From Octopus sinensis (Eukaryota), in contig NC_043020.1 in assembly GCF_006345805.1 (NCBI RefSeq), positions 17,236,001-17,300,000 on the forward strand: a stretch of DNA of 64,000 nt, read 5' to 3'. The notes below the pieces were generated by a model. That model ran no database searches. It was not told the origin of the DNA and was given only the letters and a program-made list of their open reading frames with translations. The position numbers and the translations under genes were made by a program. Positions 1 to 15,428 of the stretch are shown piece by piece. Each line of letters begins with the position of its first letter. Within the stretch, counting starts at the first letter, position 1.

Positions 1-2553
1 TTGATTAAAGAATAACTTTTTAAAACTCTTTCATAAATGTCAACATATTGAAGCTTGATTGTTGTTCTAACTGAAGGTGTTATGTTAGATCTCATCATCA
101 TACGTCTGTTTTTCCATGCTGGCATGAGTCGGATGGTTCAACAGGAGTCGGCCAGCTGAAGGGCTGCCCAGGCTCCGATTGTCTGTTTTGGCTTAGTTTC
201 TACAGCTGGATGTCCTTCCTAACACCAACCACTTTACAGAGTGTACTGGGTACTTTCTACATGGGTGGTTTATACAGGGCACTGTCACAGGCACTTTTTA
301 TGTGGCACCAACATGGGTGCTTGTTAAATGGTACTGGTACAGGTGCTTTTTACATGACACTGGCGCCGGTGCTTTATATGTAGACTTTTACATGTGGTAC
401 CACATGGGTACACTGGTGTAGGTGCTTTGTGCATGGCACCAGCACAGGTGTTTTTTTTTACATAGCATTGGCATGGGTGCTTTTAATGTACTTTTTAGAT
501 CTGTATGAAGAATAATTATAATTGATAATTTTTTAATTTGTGTCTATAAGTTATTGTATAACCCATTGACATGATCTTGTGTGTGGAAACTTAGCAATCA
601 GTTGGGTCTCTCTCTCTCTCTCTCCTTTCTCACTGATTGTTTCCCACCATCCTTACATTTCTCTACACCCTTGGACATCAACAACCACAGAACTGCTACT
701 ACCTAACTAGTTTTCCATCATCTATTCCATTGATCTGTTCACTACCCCTACACTAGTTTTCCCATAGATCTGTCTCTACCACCCATAGCAGTCTTCTGCC
801 ATCTACTCCACAGATCTATCCATTACTCTAGAGTCCTAATGTGGTATCCACCTCCATCACTTCAGTTTCCTTTCATCCGTATCATAGAACTACACACCTC
901 CAGTCACTACAATAGTTTTGTCTCAGTTCTATTGAGGGTTTATCTATAGCTGCTGCAAGTTCGGTGTTGTATTAAATTCAAATAACAAATTAGATAAACT
1001 ATCATAAATATTGAATTTTTTTCCCTTCTACTGTCTCTGCAATATCTATTACATTTCTATAATTAATATGGGATCTTGAAAATAATTAACTTGATTTATT
1101 ATTATTTTTAAATAATATAGTCTATTTCTGTATAAGGTGAGACATACAAATTCATATCATAGAGATTGTTTTATTAACATTGTTTGTGAGAAAAATGTCA
1201 TAAAACCCTTGCTGTCTTAGAATTCTATTTTATCTGAATGTTTTATCTTCAATAATTCCTGAGAATGTACCAATTGTACATAAACCTGGCACTTTACATA
1301 GTTTAGGGAATCTTGTAGGGCAATATTTACTGATGTTTCTTGAATGTGTTATACAATTTTATCATCTTCAGTAGCATTTTGTTTGTCTTTAGATTCTGAG
1401 GTCAACTTTGCCATTTGTCCTTTCATGGTTGATAAAATAAGGTGCCAGTCAAGTACTGGGGTTGATGTAATCAACATAGTCCTGCTTGTCAAAATTTAGT
1501 CCACATTTCTTTGTAAGGAGTATGTGGCCGGCTTCCCAGTTTCTCTGGCATATATATTCCTTCCTGGACAAGGCACCATTCTGTTGCAGGATTACTTATT
1601 TTTGCCAGTTAAGTGAACTGGAGCAACATGAAATGAAGTGTTTTGCTCAAGAACACAACACATCACTCGGTCCAGGAAACGAAACCACAATCTTACAATC
1701 ATGAGACCAATACCCTAACCACAAAGCTAGCCACCTCCATTCAGTGAGTGAGTAATAAGTTTTAAATGGTAGTGTCATGAAGAGACAAGAATACACACAC
1801 ACACACACCTGTTATGGTTCTTACTTGAGGCCAGTGAACAGCCAGTGTTGATTAAGTAATTAGTATTGTGGGGTGTTGTTTTTGTTTTTTTTTGCTCCAG
1901 GTCAGCTCTGATCATTTAGCTAAGTGATCAGAGATATTCCACTTGTGGCCATCCCAGTTATAATTATCATGTGAGGTGTTTAATCCATCCATTGAACTAG
2001 ATTCTTAAAAATAAATTATTGACAGAATATTTCAATGTTGTGGTGTGTCTGTTACTGGAAATTACCAATTTCTAATTAGTACAGATCTGGCAATTACAAA
2101 TAGCAGTTTGAGTCTTGTGGCTTCAAAGACCTAAGTTAATGGAATTTTTTATCTTTTACTTGTTTCAGCCATTGGACTGTGGCCATGCTGGGCTACTGCG
2201 CTGATCCCAGTACTTTTATTTTTTTTATTACCAAACTGCTAAGTTATGGGAGATGTAAACAAGCCAACACAGGTTGTTAAGCAATGGTGGGGGACAGGCA
2301 CATGTGTATGCACAGACACTCATACATATGATGGGCTTCTTTCAGTTTCCATCTACCAAATATACTCACTTTTGTTGGTCTAAGGCTATAGTATGAGTCA
2401 CTTGCCCCAATGTTCCTCACGATAGAACTGAACTCTGAACCATGTGCTTGGGAAGTTTATGCCTAAATTAGAAACAATTGTTGTTACCATCATTATTATT
2501 ATTACTGATTATATTTATGAACAACCAAATTTAGATTAATTTTGCTATTTCAG

Positions 2554-2686
2554 GGGCAGTTCCAGGGGGAAACTAAAAAACCAACATGTCATACTCGAAT
2601 AGTGAAACGGAACCGCAGAAAGAGTAAAGCTAGCCCCAGTAAGATGACGAAGGAAGAGGAAGGTACCAGGACCAATGGAGAGTTTG
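2554..2686 (+). CDS. DOT1L: DOT1L exon A ([25 protein letters not shown]...NGEF), basic region after the catalytic domain
   Basis: tttcag|GGG acceptor, G|gtaatg donor, one open frame, ends in phase 1 matching the next exon. An in-frame alternative acceptor (tccag|ggg) lies 12 nt downstream. Confidence 0.75.
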
Positions 2687-5600
2687 GTAATGTATTTTAA
2701 CAATATTTTTGCTCCTTTTGAACTTTACAGTTTGGTTATTGACTAATTGATCAATTTAAACGTATTCTTAAACAGGTTAGATTTTTGAGACGGGTAATCT
2801 CTGGGTTTTTATGTTAAAATATGTTTGAGTCCCAGGATTATTTTAGGGTACTTAGTCTTCTGGAAATTACATTAAAAGGAAAAGTTGCAAGTTTAACCCT
2901 TTAGTGTTTGCATTATTCAGCCAAAATTAATGCTTTTTTATCCACATTGTTTTGAACTAATCAGGCATTATCTTGTAGCTATAAGATTTTGATGAGGTAG
3001 CTGTTAATTTTTAAAATGACATTGTAGGGTCAGTGTGAGAGGCCAGATCTGGGCAGTTTGAACATAAAACAGACAGAATACTTTTGGCCGGATATGGCCG
3101 GTTTAAATGCTAAAGGGTTAAAAAGAGAAGGGGCTCAGTTGGTCTTCTCCTTCTTTTGAGAATTACTTTGAATTGGCATTAGGTTAAATCAGTGTTTCTC
3201 AACCATTTCTTACCTATGGACCCATTTGATTCCTCCTAGCCATTGACATTTAAAAAATCATATTATATTTATTATGATTTAATATTATTAGGAACTGTAT
3301 TAAAAAATTTTTTAAATACTTTATGTATTATAAAAGTATAACAATTTATTGCACATAGATTTTGACCACAAAATCTTAAATGGATTCCCAAAGGTCATAT
3401 GAATCTAGTTGAGAACCACGAGTTTAGATTAACATCTTTTAATTTTTATTATTTCCACTGTTTTATTTAATTACTGCCATCACTCAAAGATAAGGCGATG
3501 GCTGGGATAGAGCCTGTTGATTAATTTGAGCTCTAGTATGGCCACTTGAATAAATAAATTTGTTTAAAGTGGATAATTTCTTTTTATAAGGAAGTGAATT
3601 ACTGGCTTGAGACAAATTCTGTTACATGTATTGAGTACTTTCTTCTTTGTATCTACAAAAACACACCCACACGTTTGTAATTTATATAATTTTCTAAATC
3701 CTTTTTCATTTTCAGTCCGGCGCCGAGGTGCTGTCTGTAAACCACGAGGACCCAAAGCTAGAAATAAGAACAAAGCCTTGGCAATTGACGGACTCAATTT
3801 GTTGCACAAGCAAACGGTTTTATCAACGTCATCAACTGGTAATTAGCTTAATTAGATGTCAGTTTATCTTTCACACTGGTTTTACTCCAAAACATTTTTT
3901 CGAAAAGTTTGTTGCGCACAAATGGTAAAGTTGTTGGTCAGCCTTTTTATTTGGAGCAGTTCATATGTATGTGAGTTTCACCCCTGGCTATTAAATTCTC
4001 GATACACCCACCACTACTGCTAACTATGTCACTTAGGTAGCAAGACTTATCAATTTCTTTTAGAGAGCTTTCCAAGCATGAAGCTACTTCGTGTGTTTCT
4101 TACAAGTATTTGTTTACTCTTTGTACATCTATTACTTGCAAATCTTATCACCACTATCAACCAACCTGTCATTCTAATATGTGTCTTGTGGATCCATAAT
4201 TTACACTGCGTACATTGTATGCAATTTCTACCTACTCCTTCGTAGTATATATTTTACTTGATTTACTTAATGGGCTGCAGCCATGCTGGAGCACCACCTT
4301 GAAGGGTTTGTCAAACAAATTGACCCCAGTACTTATTTTATAAAGTTGGTACTTATTTTATCCCTCTCTTTTGCTGAAGCACTAAGTTATGGGGACATAA
4401 ACAAGCCAGCAGCACTGGTGGTCAAGTTGGGGAGTGCAAAATCACACACACACGTGATGGGCTTAGTTTCCATCTACCAAAGCCATTTGCACAGCTTTGG
4501 TTGACCCGGGGCTATAGTAGAAGACACTTGCCCAAGGTGCTACATAGTAGGACTGAACCCAAAACCATGTGGTTGGGAAGCAAACCTCTTGTTCATACAT
4601 CCACATCTGTGCCTATATGGAATTTAAATTCAAATACTGAACTACCTGAGTCTTGTAACTCTTCTGATCTTTCCTTTCTTGTTCCAGCTTCCAGTGAGAA
4701 TAGTGTTAGTTGCAATGATCGTTCAATGACTTCCTTTTCTGATGCCTATTTCAAATCTGGTTCGCAACCTCATACAATAGCAGCATTAGAAGTACCTCCA
4801 GCAATGCAACGTTTCTTTGGTAAGTAACTGTCTTCAGCACAGCATCCTCTCTGCTGACAGCCTCTTCACCCCTTACAATGTTTTCATTTCAGACTCAATT
4901 ACCATTTGTGTGTTTAACTCTTTAGCATTCAGATTACTTCGTCAAATGTAACACTTGCCTATTCACATTGTTTTGAATTAATCATGCATTAACCTTTAGC
5001 TTTGAGATGTCAATGATGTGATTGTTTAGTTTTAGAATGACAGTGTAGGGTAGGTGTGAGAAGCTAGATCTTGTAGGTTTAAATATAAAGCAGATAGGAT
5101 ATTTAGGCTAGGTATGGCTGGTTTAAATGCTAAAGGGTTAACCTATGTCTTTCCAATTCTAGTGTGGAGAAGGACTATTTGAGGCAGCATTTTATGGCTG
5201 AATGCACTTTTTGCTGCCAATCTTCACTTTTTTCTTTTTTGAATGCACATAGCAACTGGTCATAATATCTACAAAGAATGTAAACATGACATCACTGCTT
5301 TACTGAAATGAAGCTGAGGAATATCAACTGTTGCACACATACATTACATATAGATAATGAGCTTCCATACAGTTTCCTTATACCAGTTCCACTCACAATG
5401 CATTAGTTTGCCAGGTATTATATAGTAAAAGGCATTTGCACAAGGTGCCAAACAGTGGAACTGAACCCAAAACCATATGGTTGCAAAGCAAACTTCTTTT
5501 CCACACAGCCATGTCTACACCTTGTGATACTTGTAATACAGTTTTATTCTTGCAAGCATCACCTGCAGCTTTGAATCATCATGAATCATCTTAGAAATAT

Positions 5601-8600
5601 AGACAATTGAACAAGAGGTAAAATGACTGGCAGCAGTAATAGGGCAAATACAAAGATTGGCAGTACTGAAATAAAGTTTTAACTATAATAAAGAACTGCA
5701 TAAGGACATAAACACATTCATTCTGTACTTTCAATATGTGGAAAACAGAGGAAGTCTCTTGACAGATTGTTTTACGATTTGTTAATCGCTTTTCAAAGAT
5801 GTACCCAATTACCTTGTTTGCATGTGTGTGTGTGTGAATCAGAAGTAGTGAAATAAATTTTAAATGTTGGTTTCAAATTTTAGCACAAAGCCAGCCAGTT
5901 TGAAGAACTGGCTAAGGTGATTAGATCAACACCAGTGCTCAACTGGTACTTATTTTATCAACTCTGAAAGGATAAAGGGCAAAGTTGACCCCAGTGACAT
6001 TTGAGAAATAAATTTAAATATTAAAAAGCTTTAGTAGTGATAGTGGCCTAAATAAGCATATAATGAAGTATATGCAGATTAAACTATCCTTTGCTGTATT
6101 AGCTTAATTGCTGACTGCTTTATATAGCAGCTGAACTCTTTACTATTAATTGGGGAGGGAGATTGAGTGCATCGTCTTAAGAGTGGTCAATAAACTGTGA
6201 AACATACCATCAGGAGACTCCTCACCATTTTTTCTCTGCATGCAAAAACATACAAGGAATGTGTTTACATTTTTATAGTTCATTATCACAGCTAAGGCTT
6301 TCTAATATTTAAAAATATTTAAATATAGTTCGCTACTTCTCGTTCATGCTGTGTTGCTCAGACAACAAATATTCCTTACAAAAATTAGTCTTGTTCAGTA
6401 CTGAGGCTAAAATGCTTAAGTTTCTTTAGTGCCAGTGCAGTCTATCTTGGTACTGTTGTAAGCAGTAGTAGCACTATGCATTTGTTGAGTTAACTTTTAA
6501 TGGTACATCATGGTGTCAGTGAATTCATTATGGTTGATCTCTCATTGGTGAGTATGACTGTTTAGTACACACATGACTATTGGTTGATCACATAGCCCTA
6601 AACATAATTGATTTGTTATATTATATGGAATATAATTTTGTTGACAGGAATTGTTGATATGAAGTTATTTCATTGCAGACAACATCAAACAACGCTACAC
6701 AGAATTTTTAAATTATATGAAAACACCGCAGTATAAAACAACAGTTGAACGACAAATAGAAGAGGAGAAGGTATGTATATGGTGGTTGTTATTAAGTCTC
6801 TTTGGTGTCTGTGGTCATTACTGTATTGCGGTTGGTGGTTGTGTACTTGTCACTATATTTTGTAAGTGGAGATTACTCTGTCTCTCATCTATGTTTATGG
6901 GTAGTTACTTTCACTGTTCCTGGTAGATATACAGTGGTTATTGTGCTGTATTTCTGGTATATCTTTTTATTATTATGGCTGTAGCAACAAAGTCCACCTG
7001 CCACATTTCTCGGTCCATCATCACTGTCTTGAGGTCCTGCTACATCCCAGGATGTATAAATTGTATGCGTGTGTATGTTTATGTATGTGTGTTTGTATGT
7101 GTGTATTCTTTTGTTTCAGTCATTTGACTGCAGCCATGCTGGAGCACTGCCTTTAGTCGAGCAAATCGACCCCAGGCTTTATTCTTTGTAAGCCTATTAC
7201 TTATTCTATTGGTCACACGCACACACACACACATATATGACAGGCTTCTTGCAGTGTCCGTCTACCAAAGACACTCGCCCAAGGTGCCACGCAGTGGGAC
7301 TGAACCCAGAACCATATGGCTGGTAAGCAAGCTACTTACCACACAATACACTTAAAATGAGAAAGAGAAGTAAAGCGTGTGCACTAGCTTCTTTCAGTTT
7401 GTCGACCTAATTTATTCTCAGAGTCTGGTTGTCCTGGAGCTATAGTTGAAGACATTCTTGCCCAATGTGCTGCACAGTGGAATTGAACCCAAACCACATG
7501 GTTGCTAAATGAACTTCTTAACTACACAGCCATGCCCACTAGGGCAGATTTAATCTGTTTTATTAGCAGACAAACTGGTTTTGATTTCGAGTTAGAACCT
7601 CCTCCTCTGGAATCAATAATACACTTAGGAAATGCATGAATACCAAAACTTCTTTATAAGTGATTCACCCATCCAAATTGTTACACACTAACTATTTAGC
7701 ATTTGGGTTATTCTGCCAAATGCTTATTCATATTGTTCTGAATTAATCATACTTTATCCTACAGCTTCAAAATTTCAATGATATGATTATATAGTTTTAG
7801 AATGGCATTGTAGGATTGACGTGAGAGGCCAGATCTGGCCAGTGTGAGTGTAAAACTAATAGACTATTTGGGCCAGATATGGCCAGTTTAAATACTAATG
7901 GGTCAAAGTTTAATGTCAATTTTTTAGTGAAGATCTTTCACTAGTATTGAAAAACAAACATTTTTCAGTAACTATTTAGTTTCACTTGTGTTGCTGCTTG
8001 CTTGTAAAGGTGCAGCTAGACCAGCAACTAAATCATCCTTGAATCATTGTTGTACCGTGTAAAAAGAAAGAAAAAGGACACATTGGATACTGCTGTCTGG
8101 TCATGGTTGGAAGGCCTTTAATCCTAAGTCTGCTGGATTAAAGCTGACTATGAATGACAAGGTTATGGTTGGTGATGGTGCCATGTAAAAAGCACCCAGT
8201 AACTCTGTAAAGTGTCTGGTGTTTAGGAAGGGTATCCAGCTATAGAGACCACGTCAAAACAGACTATGGGACCTGGTGTGACCACTGGCCATGCCAGCTC
8301 CTGTCAAGCCGTGCAACTCATGCCAGCATGGGAAATGGATGTTAAATGATGATGATGATTCTTTTATAGGTATGAAAGGTTGTATCAAACTTGGCTGAAT
8401 TTGGAAGTAGAAAACAAGATTTCACATCTTATATGGTCAATAGACAATAAGTATTGTCAAGTTCCAGTGGGATCTCTCTGAGCCGACATGAAACAAAAAA
8501 AAAACAAAAGAAAAATTTATAATAATTTGCTGAGTGAAATATCCATGAAATTCCATGTTTGCATGGACCAATAGATGTTAAAGGAAGAATGGTGATGGTG

Positions 8601-11600
8601 ATTGTGAATTTGATGGTGATGATGATGATGATGATGGAATTTCTCTTGCAGAAAAGAAAATCTACACTTGAGAATGAAGTGCAAAAATTAGAGAAACAAA
8701 TTGCTGGCCTTCGAAAAGCTAGTTTACAACAGCTCAAGAATCGGCTTGGTGAAGTAAGTTGTACTTTATTGCTTTGATTGTGTTGGGAATGAAATTTCTG
8801 TTGTCATTTCTTTGTGTTGTATGCGTACATGTAACAATGTGTCTCACTGTATCTGTTTGCATGTATCTATCTGTCTATCTATCTCTCCATCTATATCTAT
8901 ATATATATATATATGTATCAATTGACACAAAATCACCAAAATGTGCTATGCTTGAAACTCTGGGCACTTTAATCAATTTTATGACTATCTGCTATCATTA
9001 AGTGGTTAATTAATTAAAATATATAATTGATTAATCTAAATAATGTGTTACCTATATCTTCTGGAGAAAAGAAATGATAATAAGAAAACCATTATAGATT
9101 TAACTATAAATGTTTGTTTTTAATCAGCACTGGTTTCTCAATTACCATTTTTTTCTCCTGAAGATATGGGTTACCCATTGCTTTCCAGTTACGTATTATA
9201 ATTATATAAATGGTGTTTTATGCTATTGAAACAGTTGTAGAGGACAAATTATGAGCTACATGTGAAGTTAAAGCTTTTATTCTAAAGAAGCTGCTCTCAA
9301 CAATCATTTTTAGCTGATTCTATATATGCATGCAAGTTTGGTCCATCAAGATTTACTGCATTATATTAGCAAATTGGAGTTTAATTATGTGCTATCAGTT
9401 GAGTCCTGAATTACTGTGGATATATTTTTGATGTTCACACATCAATTATGTATATATATATACACACACACACACACCACAGATACCAAGTAGGCAATAT
9501 CTGGTTGAGCACATGACAAAATGTCAGTAAAGAATTCATGATAAAGTTATTGAAAGGAACATATGTGTATGAAGCTGGTAAGGTTTCTATGTGCCTTTAC
9601 ACTGTCACTCTGTGAACAAAAACTGTGACAGTATTTACACCCCTCATGGACAATGTGTACTGTAATTTGATAATTTCATCTTGTTAGGACGTCAGTGGAA
9701 TAAAAGTGCCCTACTTATAAAACATATTAAGCATTGGTAACAAGACGACCATTTGGACATAGATTACTTGTCCAATACTTGCCAATATAGAAAAAGCAAG
9801 CATTAAAAAAGAAATGAGCAGCAATGGTACATGTTTGCACATACTTAGGTTCTAGGGCAAACACTTCTTTCTCTTACCCTCACTTTCCCTTATATACATA
9901 TACTCCTTATAAAAGTAGGACATAAGATTATATATATATAAATAAAAATAACATGTTGAAATAAAGTCTGGAATTTATGATGCTATTTTAATGCTGTAGT
10001 TACAGGTTTCATAACAACATGGGAAATAAATTTTATGAATTAAGGTATTAATAATATTGGGTTGGTGCGTAATTATTACAGCTTTTTTTCAACAAATTTT
10101 ATTCAACAAATCCGTGGAACAAGCTGCCAGACGAGATGGTGAAGATGCCGACGACCGCTTTGTTCAAAGCCTCCCTGGACCTCAAGTGGCCTGAACTCTT
10201 TACATGAACACCACCCTGTACTTAACTCCATGTTAACTACATGGCCTTGCTATTTGCTTTTGAGCCAAATTAACTAACTAACTAACTAATATCAATATTT
10301 AACAGAAACATCTTTAAATGACAGTCTGACCGTCTGCCAAGCAAATGGGAAGCAGTAATTGAAGTAGATGGTGAATATGCTCTGGAATAATCATTTAATG
10401 ATGATTTTGTTACGTGTTGTTATTGTTTTTGTTGAATAAAATTTATTGAAAAAAGCCACAATAATTAAGCACAAATATATAAGATAAAATCAAAATAGAA
10501 TATATACAAATACAGCTTGGATCATTACACAGTAAAATATGATTTATGTCCTTGGGTAGGAACTGTTATTTCCTATTTGCTTACCTCTAGAAACTATGAA
10601 AGTATGGCTATTTCCTTCAAACTTTGCTTCTCTCATATTTGTCTCCACTTGGACAGCTTGAAGTGAACTGAATTGTTAGGCTTTCAATCCGTGTATTTCT
10701 ATGTTGCTCAAACATTCTAGAAATTCTTGAAACTTTTAAAAGCTTCTAGAAAGTTCTGCTTCAGCAACTCAGTGCTGAATCTGTCTGAAAAGTACTGGGA
10801 AATAGGTCAGTTTCAAAACATTGATGTCCAGGTCACAAGAGCAAAGTTTAAAGGGAATAGTAGTGATTTCCTTTGATTTGTAGATTGAAGCAAAGAGGAA
10901 ATAACACTGACCAAAGATAAAAAAAGAAAAATTAAAAGTTTGTTACACAGTGTAATCCTTTCTATTTGTATATTGTAAATATTGACTCTCCCCATTCAAC
11001 TACCTCTTTTAGTAGCTCTTCCATAACTTTCTTTTAGGCTCTAGTAAGGGCAGTTGAGCCATCTTCATTGTTTACACTCATCTCTCTGAAGACATCTCAA
11101 TTTTCTCTCATACATAGACTTGCAAACTGGAACACTTCATATCTTTCTGAATGCTTCCTATGCAAGACATGTACAAACCTCTTAGTTTCTACTTATCTCT
11201 TTTCTAAGCATATTTAATGTCCACTTCCTCTTCTGGCTACTTAACATGGTTCGCTGCAGCTCTCTCTGTTTCAATCTAAGCAATCCTTTGGTTTTTATGG
11301 TTTACATCTACTGTACTCTTCCACCATCATATCACCTTCTGTCTGATTTGGAACCCAAGGCACCAGCCACAGATTTGGTAAATGGCCATCAGGAAGGGTC
11401 ATCCTGTTGGAACTCTAAGTTTTCCACTGTGTTATAAATCTCTGTCTTCTCCTTTATCACAAGATTCTCTGAACCTACAACTACTGGTTGATGGTTCTTC
11501 AGCTTCCCTGTCTTCTGCACATTGTGTTGTGTGTCTTGGCTCTTACTCTGATGCTATTAATTGCTCATCTATATTGGGGATACATTCTTCAACAGAGAAA

Positions 11601-14600
11601 GACACATTGTTTGCAATCATTTGTTTATTCTCTTTTTTGTGAGGAATTTGTCTATCATACTTGTGTGTTCACTCATGTAGTAGATAATCTGTTGGCACAC
11701 TGGCTTCCAGAAGTTAGAATAACAAATTGAATTATTAGCATTACAAAACTCAGGGACCTTCTTCCTTCCTCATATATATATATATGTATATATATATATA
11801 TCATCATCATTGTCGTTTAACAGCTGCCTTCCATGCTGGCATGGGTTGGACAGTTTGACAGGAGCTGGCCAGGTAGAAGACCACACCAGTGTGTCTGTTT
11901 TTGGTACAGTTTTTACAGTTGGATGCCCCTCCTAACACCAACCACCCTGCAGAGTAGGCTGAGTGCTTTTTACATGGCGCTAGCACAGGCAGGGTCAGTT
12001 TTGGCATGGTTTTTACAGCTGGAAGCTTTTTACTGTATATATGTATATATCAGGAAGGCTCAAGGTCCTTAAAGTTCTGTAACATACACATATGCACATG
12101 CATGCACACGCATACACAAACACAAATAATTATACTATGGTTATTTCAGCTGAAGATCTTATGAAGTGTGATATAAATTTCATGGCATTATTTAGAAAGT
12201 TTCAAGTTGAAACAGGCAGTCCAATTCCTATATAGATGTGTGATTAATACTTTAAAATATATATCACATCACACTTGAGAAGCCCTTAAGTTGAAACAGC
12301 TGTTGTCTGATCATTTGCATAAATAAAAGTACAATAATATTACATTTGGTTTTAGTAATATCTATTGAGCTTGACATTGGAAGATGTCTATTCTGTTTTA
12401 CTCCTGTTAATGAGGGGTATAATATATAATGATGATGATATATATTTATATATATATATATACTGTCAGTAGTTCATATATTGGAAAAAGAAGCACTTTA
12501 AAACATTAGTCACTCCAGCCAATGGCCACTCTATGACTGACTGTAACTTTTAACTTCCTAAAATTAGGCATGGCTGTGTGGTAAGTAGCTTGATTCCCAA
12601 CCACATGGTTTTGGGTTCAGTCCCACTCCATGGAACCTTTGGCAAGTGTGTTCTAATATCGCTTTGGGCTGACTAAAGCCTTGTGAGTGGATTTGGTAGA
12701 TAGAAACTGAAAGAATCCCATCATATATATATATATGTTTGTCTCCTCATAACTTAGCAGTTTGGCAAAAGAGACTGATAGAATAAGTACTAGGCTTACG
12801 AAGAATAAGTCTTGGGGTCGGTTTGTTCAACTAAAACCGGTGCTTGAACATGGCCATGGTCAAATGACTGAAACAAATAAAAGAATAAAAGAATATGTTT
12901 GTGTGTGTTTATCTGTGTGATGTGTGTATGTATGCACACATATTTGAGAACTTATATATGTATATATATATATAGGGAAAGTTTACGAAAATAAACAAAA
13001 GACGAAGGCAGGTGGAGTACAAACAAATAAATGTATTAGTATAGCGCTCAGGAATAGAAAAAGTCTTTTATGTTTCGAGCCTACGCTCTTCGACAGAAAG
13101 ATACACAGAAAAAAAACAAGGAGAGAAACATATATATATATATATATATATATAAAGAAAAGAAAAAAATAGGATTAAACAATCCAGGTAGATATCAATA
13201 AAGCACTCAAAATTTGGTTAACTATATCCAACAATCAGACACCAGTAAATGTAAGTTGAATACACATCCAAGGTAAATCCTCATGTATGAAAATTCGATC
13301 CAAATATCTTTTAGAAGAATTCAGAGTATTTGACAACAAAATATATGTATGGAGAAAAATCAGATCTTTATTGTTAGATTCACCTTATAAAGCCAACAAT
13401 TGTTTGTACTGTATTAACATATACGGATATAGAAAATCATTAAAATTAATATTTCCAAAAATATGTTAACACAATGTTTTCAAGGCAGTCCAACATTAAT
13501 GAAATTCAAAGTGAACAAATGAAGTATTTCCAGTCCATGAGCTGGAAATACAGACAGATCAGCAGATATTTTATTTGGAAGCTGGAAATACTAAAGCAAT
13601 TGCTCAGTTTCCTACTTTTTGAAAATTTTAATAAGTTTCAATTATTAGTATATTAAATATGTTAATTTAATGTTTTCTCAATGACAAATATCTCTATGCT
13701 ATGGTTATTGAAACAGGTTACAGATAGATTAGTCTCTAAAAGTAATGATATCTACTGATTATGCAAATAATGGAAAAATATATTCCAACATTTCTACATT
13801 ATGAAAAGAAAAAAAACAAAAGAGAGAAAGGACACAGATCGTGTCATATAGCCAGTTGGAGATGATGTCTCCTAGGGCTAAATTACAGCAACATTCCTCC
13901 TAAACCAGGACTGCCGTGTTATGTTGGCAAACAATCTTTACTACAGGTTACTCTTTCCCTCATCATAAAAGGCTACAAGGCCACTGTGAAACTTCATTTT
14001 CCTTTGTGATAACTAAATGAAAGATGAATTCCAGTGGTTGTCATTGATTCTAGTCCAACTGGTGTTTATCTTGTGGAAGGAATAGAACCTGGCACTCACT
14101 AGAAACCAATAAAATAACTTCTGAGTTCCACACAACAGCTACTGCAGTTTACAGTAGTAAATTTTAGCAATATAGTAGTAAACTTACAAATGTATTAATA
14201 GAGCTAGGAATACAATTTTAGCTTCACACGTACACCTCTGCCTGTGAGATACCTTATTGAAGGTTTTATTTGAAGAAGTTATAATTTATCAGGATGTTGA
14301 ATTATAAATTATCAGGGCGTTCATTTTCTCCCTCTTTTGTTTTCCTTTTCATAATGTAGAAATAATTCTGTTTCTCTCTCGAGATTAAGTTTCACTTTGT
14401 TCTAACATTAAATTTTCCTCAAGTATCTAGCAGAACACATGTTGCCCTCCAACTGAGTTGATTTTTAAAAACTGCAATGACTTTTGATAATATTTGCATC
14501 TCCCCCTCCTATTCCTCTCTCGTTTCATTTCCGTTAATGGCACCACAAGAATTGTAGCTACTGTTAGAATAGACCAATCAGATTGTAAGTGAATGAAATA

Positions 14601-15390
14601 ACTGTTTCTAGGCTCGTTTTACCTGCTTCTTTATTGCAGACTTTGAAATTATTTTGTGTTTTCTGTCAGACTTGGAGTATGTTTTTCCATTATCTGCACA
14701 ATCAGTAGATATCATTCGCTTCAACACTAAGCAACTTTTAGAGACTAATCTATCTAGCTGTGGTTATCTTTGACATCGTTTTGGTGTCAATGATTGTGTG
14801 TGTGTGTGTGTATGTATGTATATATATATGTGTGTTTATAAATATATATGTGTATATATATATATATATATGTATGAATATATGTATATGTATGAATATA
14901 TGTATATGTATGTATATATGTATATATATGTGTGTATATACGTGTATGTATACATATGTATATGTGTGTATATATATATATACACATATGTATATATATA
15001 CATATGTAATGTATGTATGTATATATATACATATGTAATGTATGTATATATATATATATATATACGTATGTATGTGTATGTATATATGTATGTGTATGTA
15101 TATATATATATATATGTATGTGTATGTATATATATATGTATGTATATATATATGTATGTATATATGTATGTATGTATATATATATGTATGTATATATAAT
15201 ATGTATGTATATGTATTTGTATGTGTGTGTATATATATATACACATATATGCTTATGTATGTATATATATGTGCATATATATGTATGTATGTATATATAT
15301 ATATATGTGTGTGTGTATGTATGTGTATATATATATATATATATATGTATGCATATGTATATATATATATATGTATATATATGTGTGTGT

Positions 15391-15428
<38 letters not shown>

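Noticed and set aside
1320-1385. CUGAAGA...GAAACAUCAGUA on the minus strand
   Set aside because: Core and spacing look hammerhead-like, but stem I does not pair and stem II is weak.
6648-6678. Upstream acceptor ttgacag|gaattg before DOT1L exon D
   Set aside because: It adds 31 nt and shifts the frame away from the conserved KTPQYK reading.
9160-12230. Other CUGANGA heptamers (9162, about 11085, about 12150; also about 53270 -)
   Set aside because: No compatible stem I/II/III arrangement; expected by chance in 64 kb.
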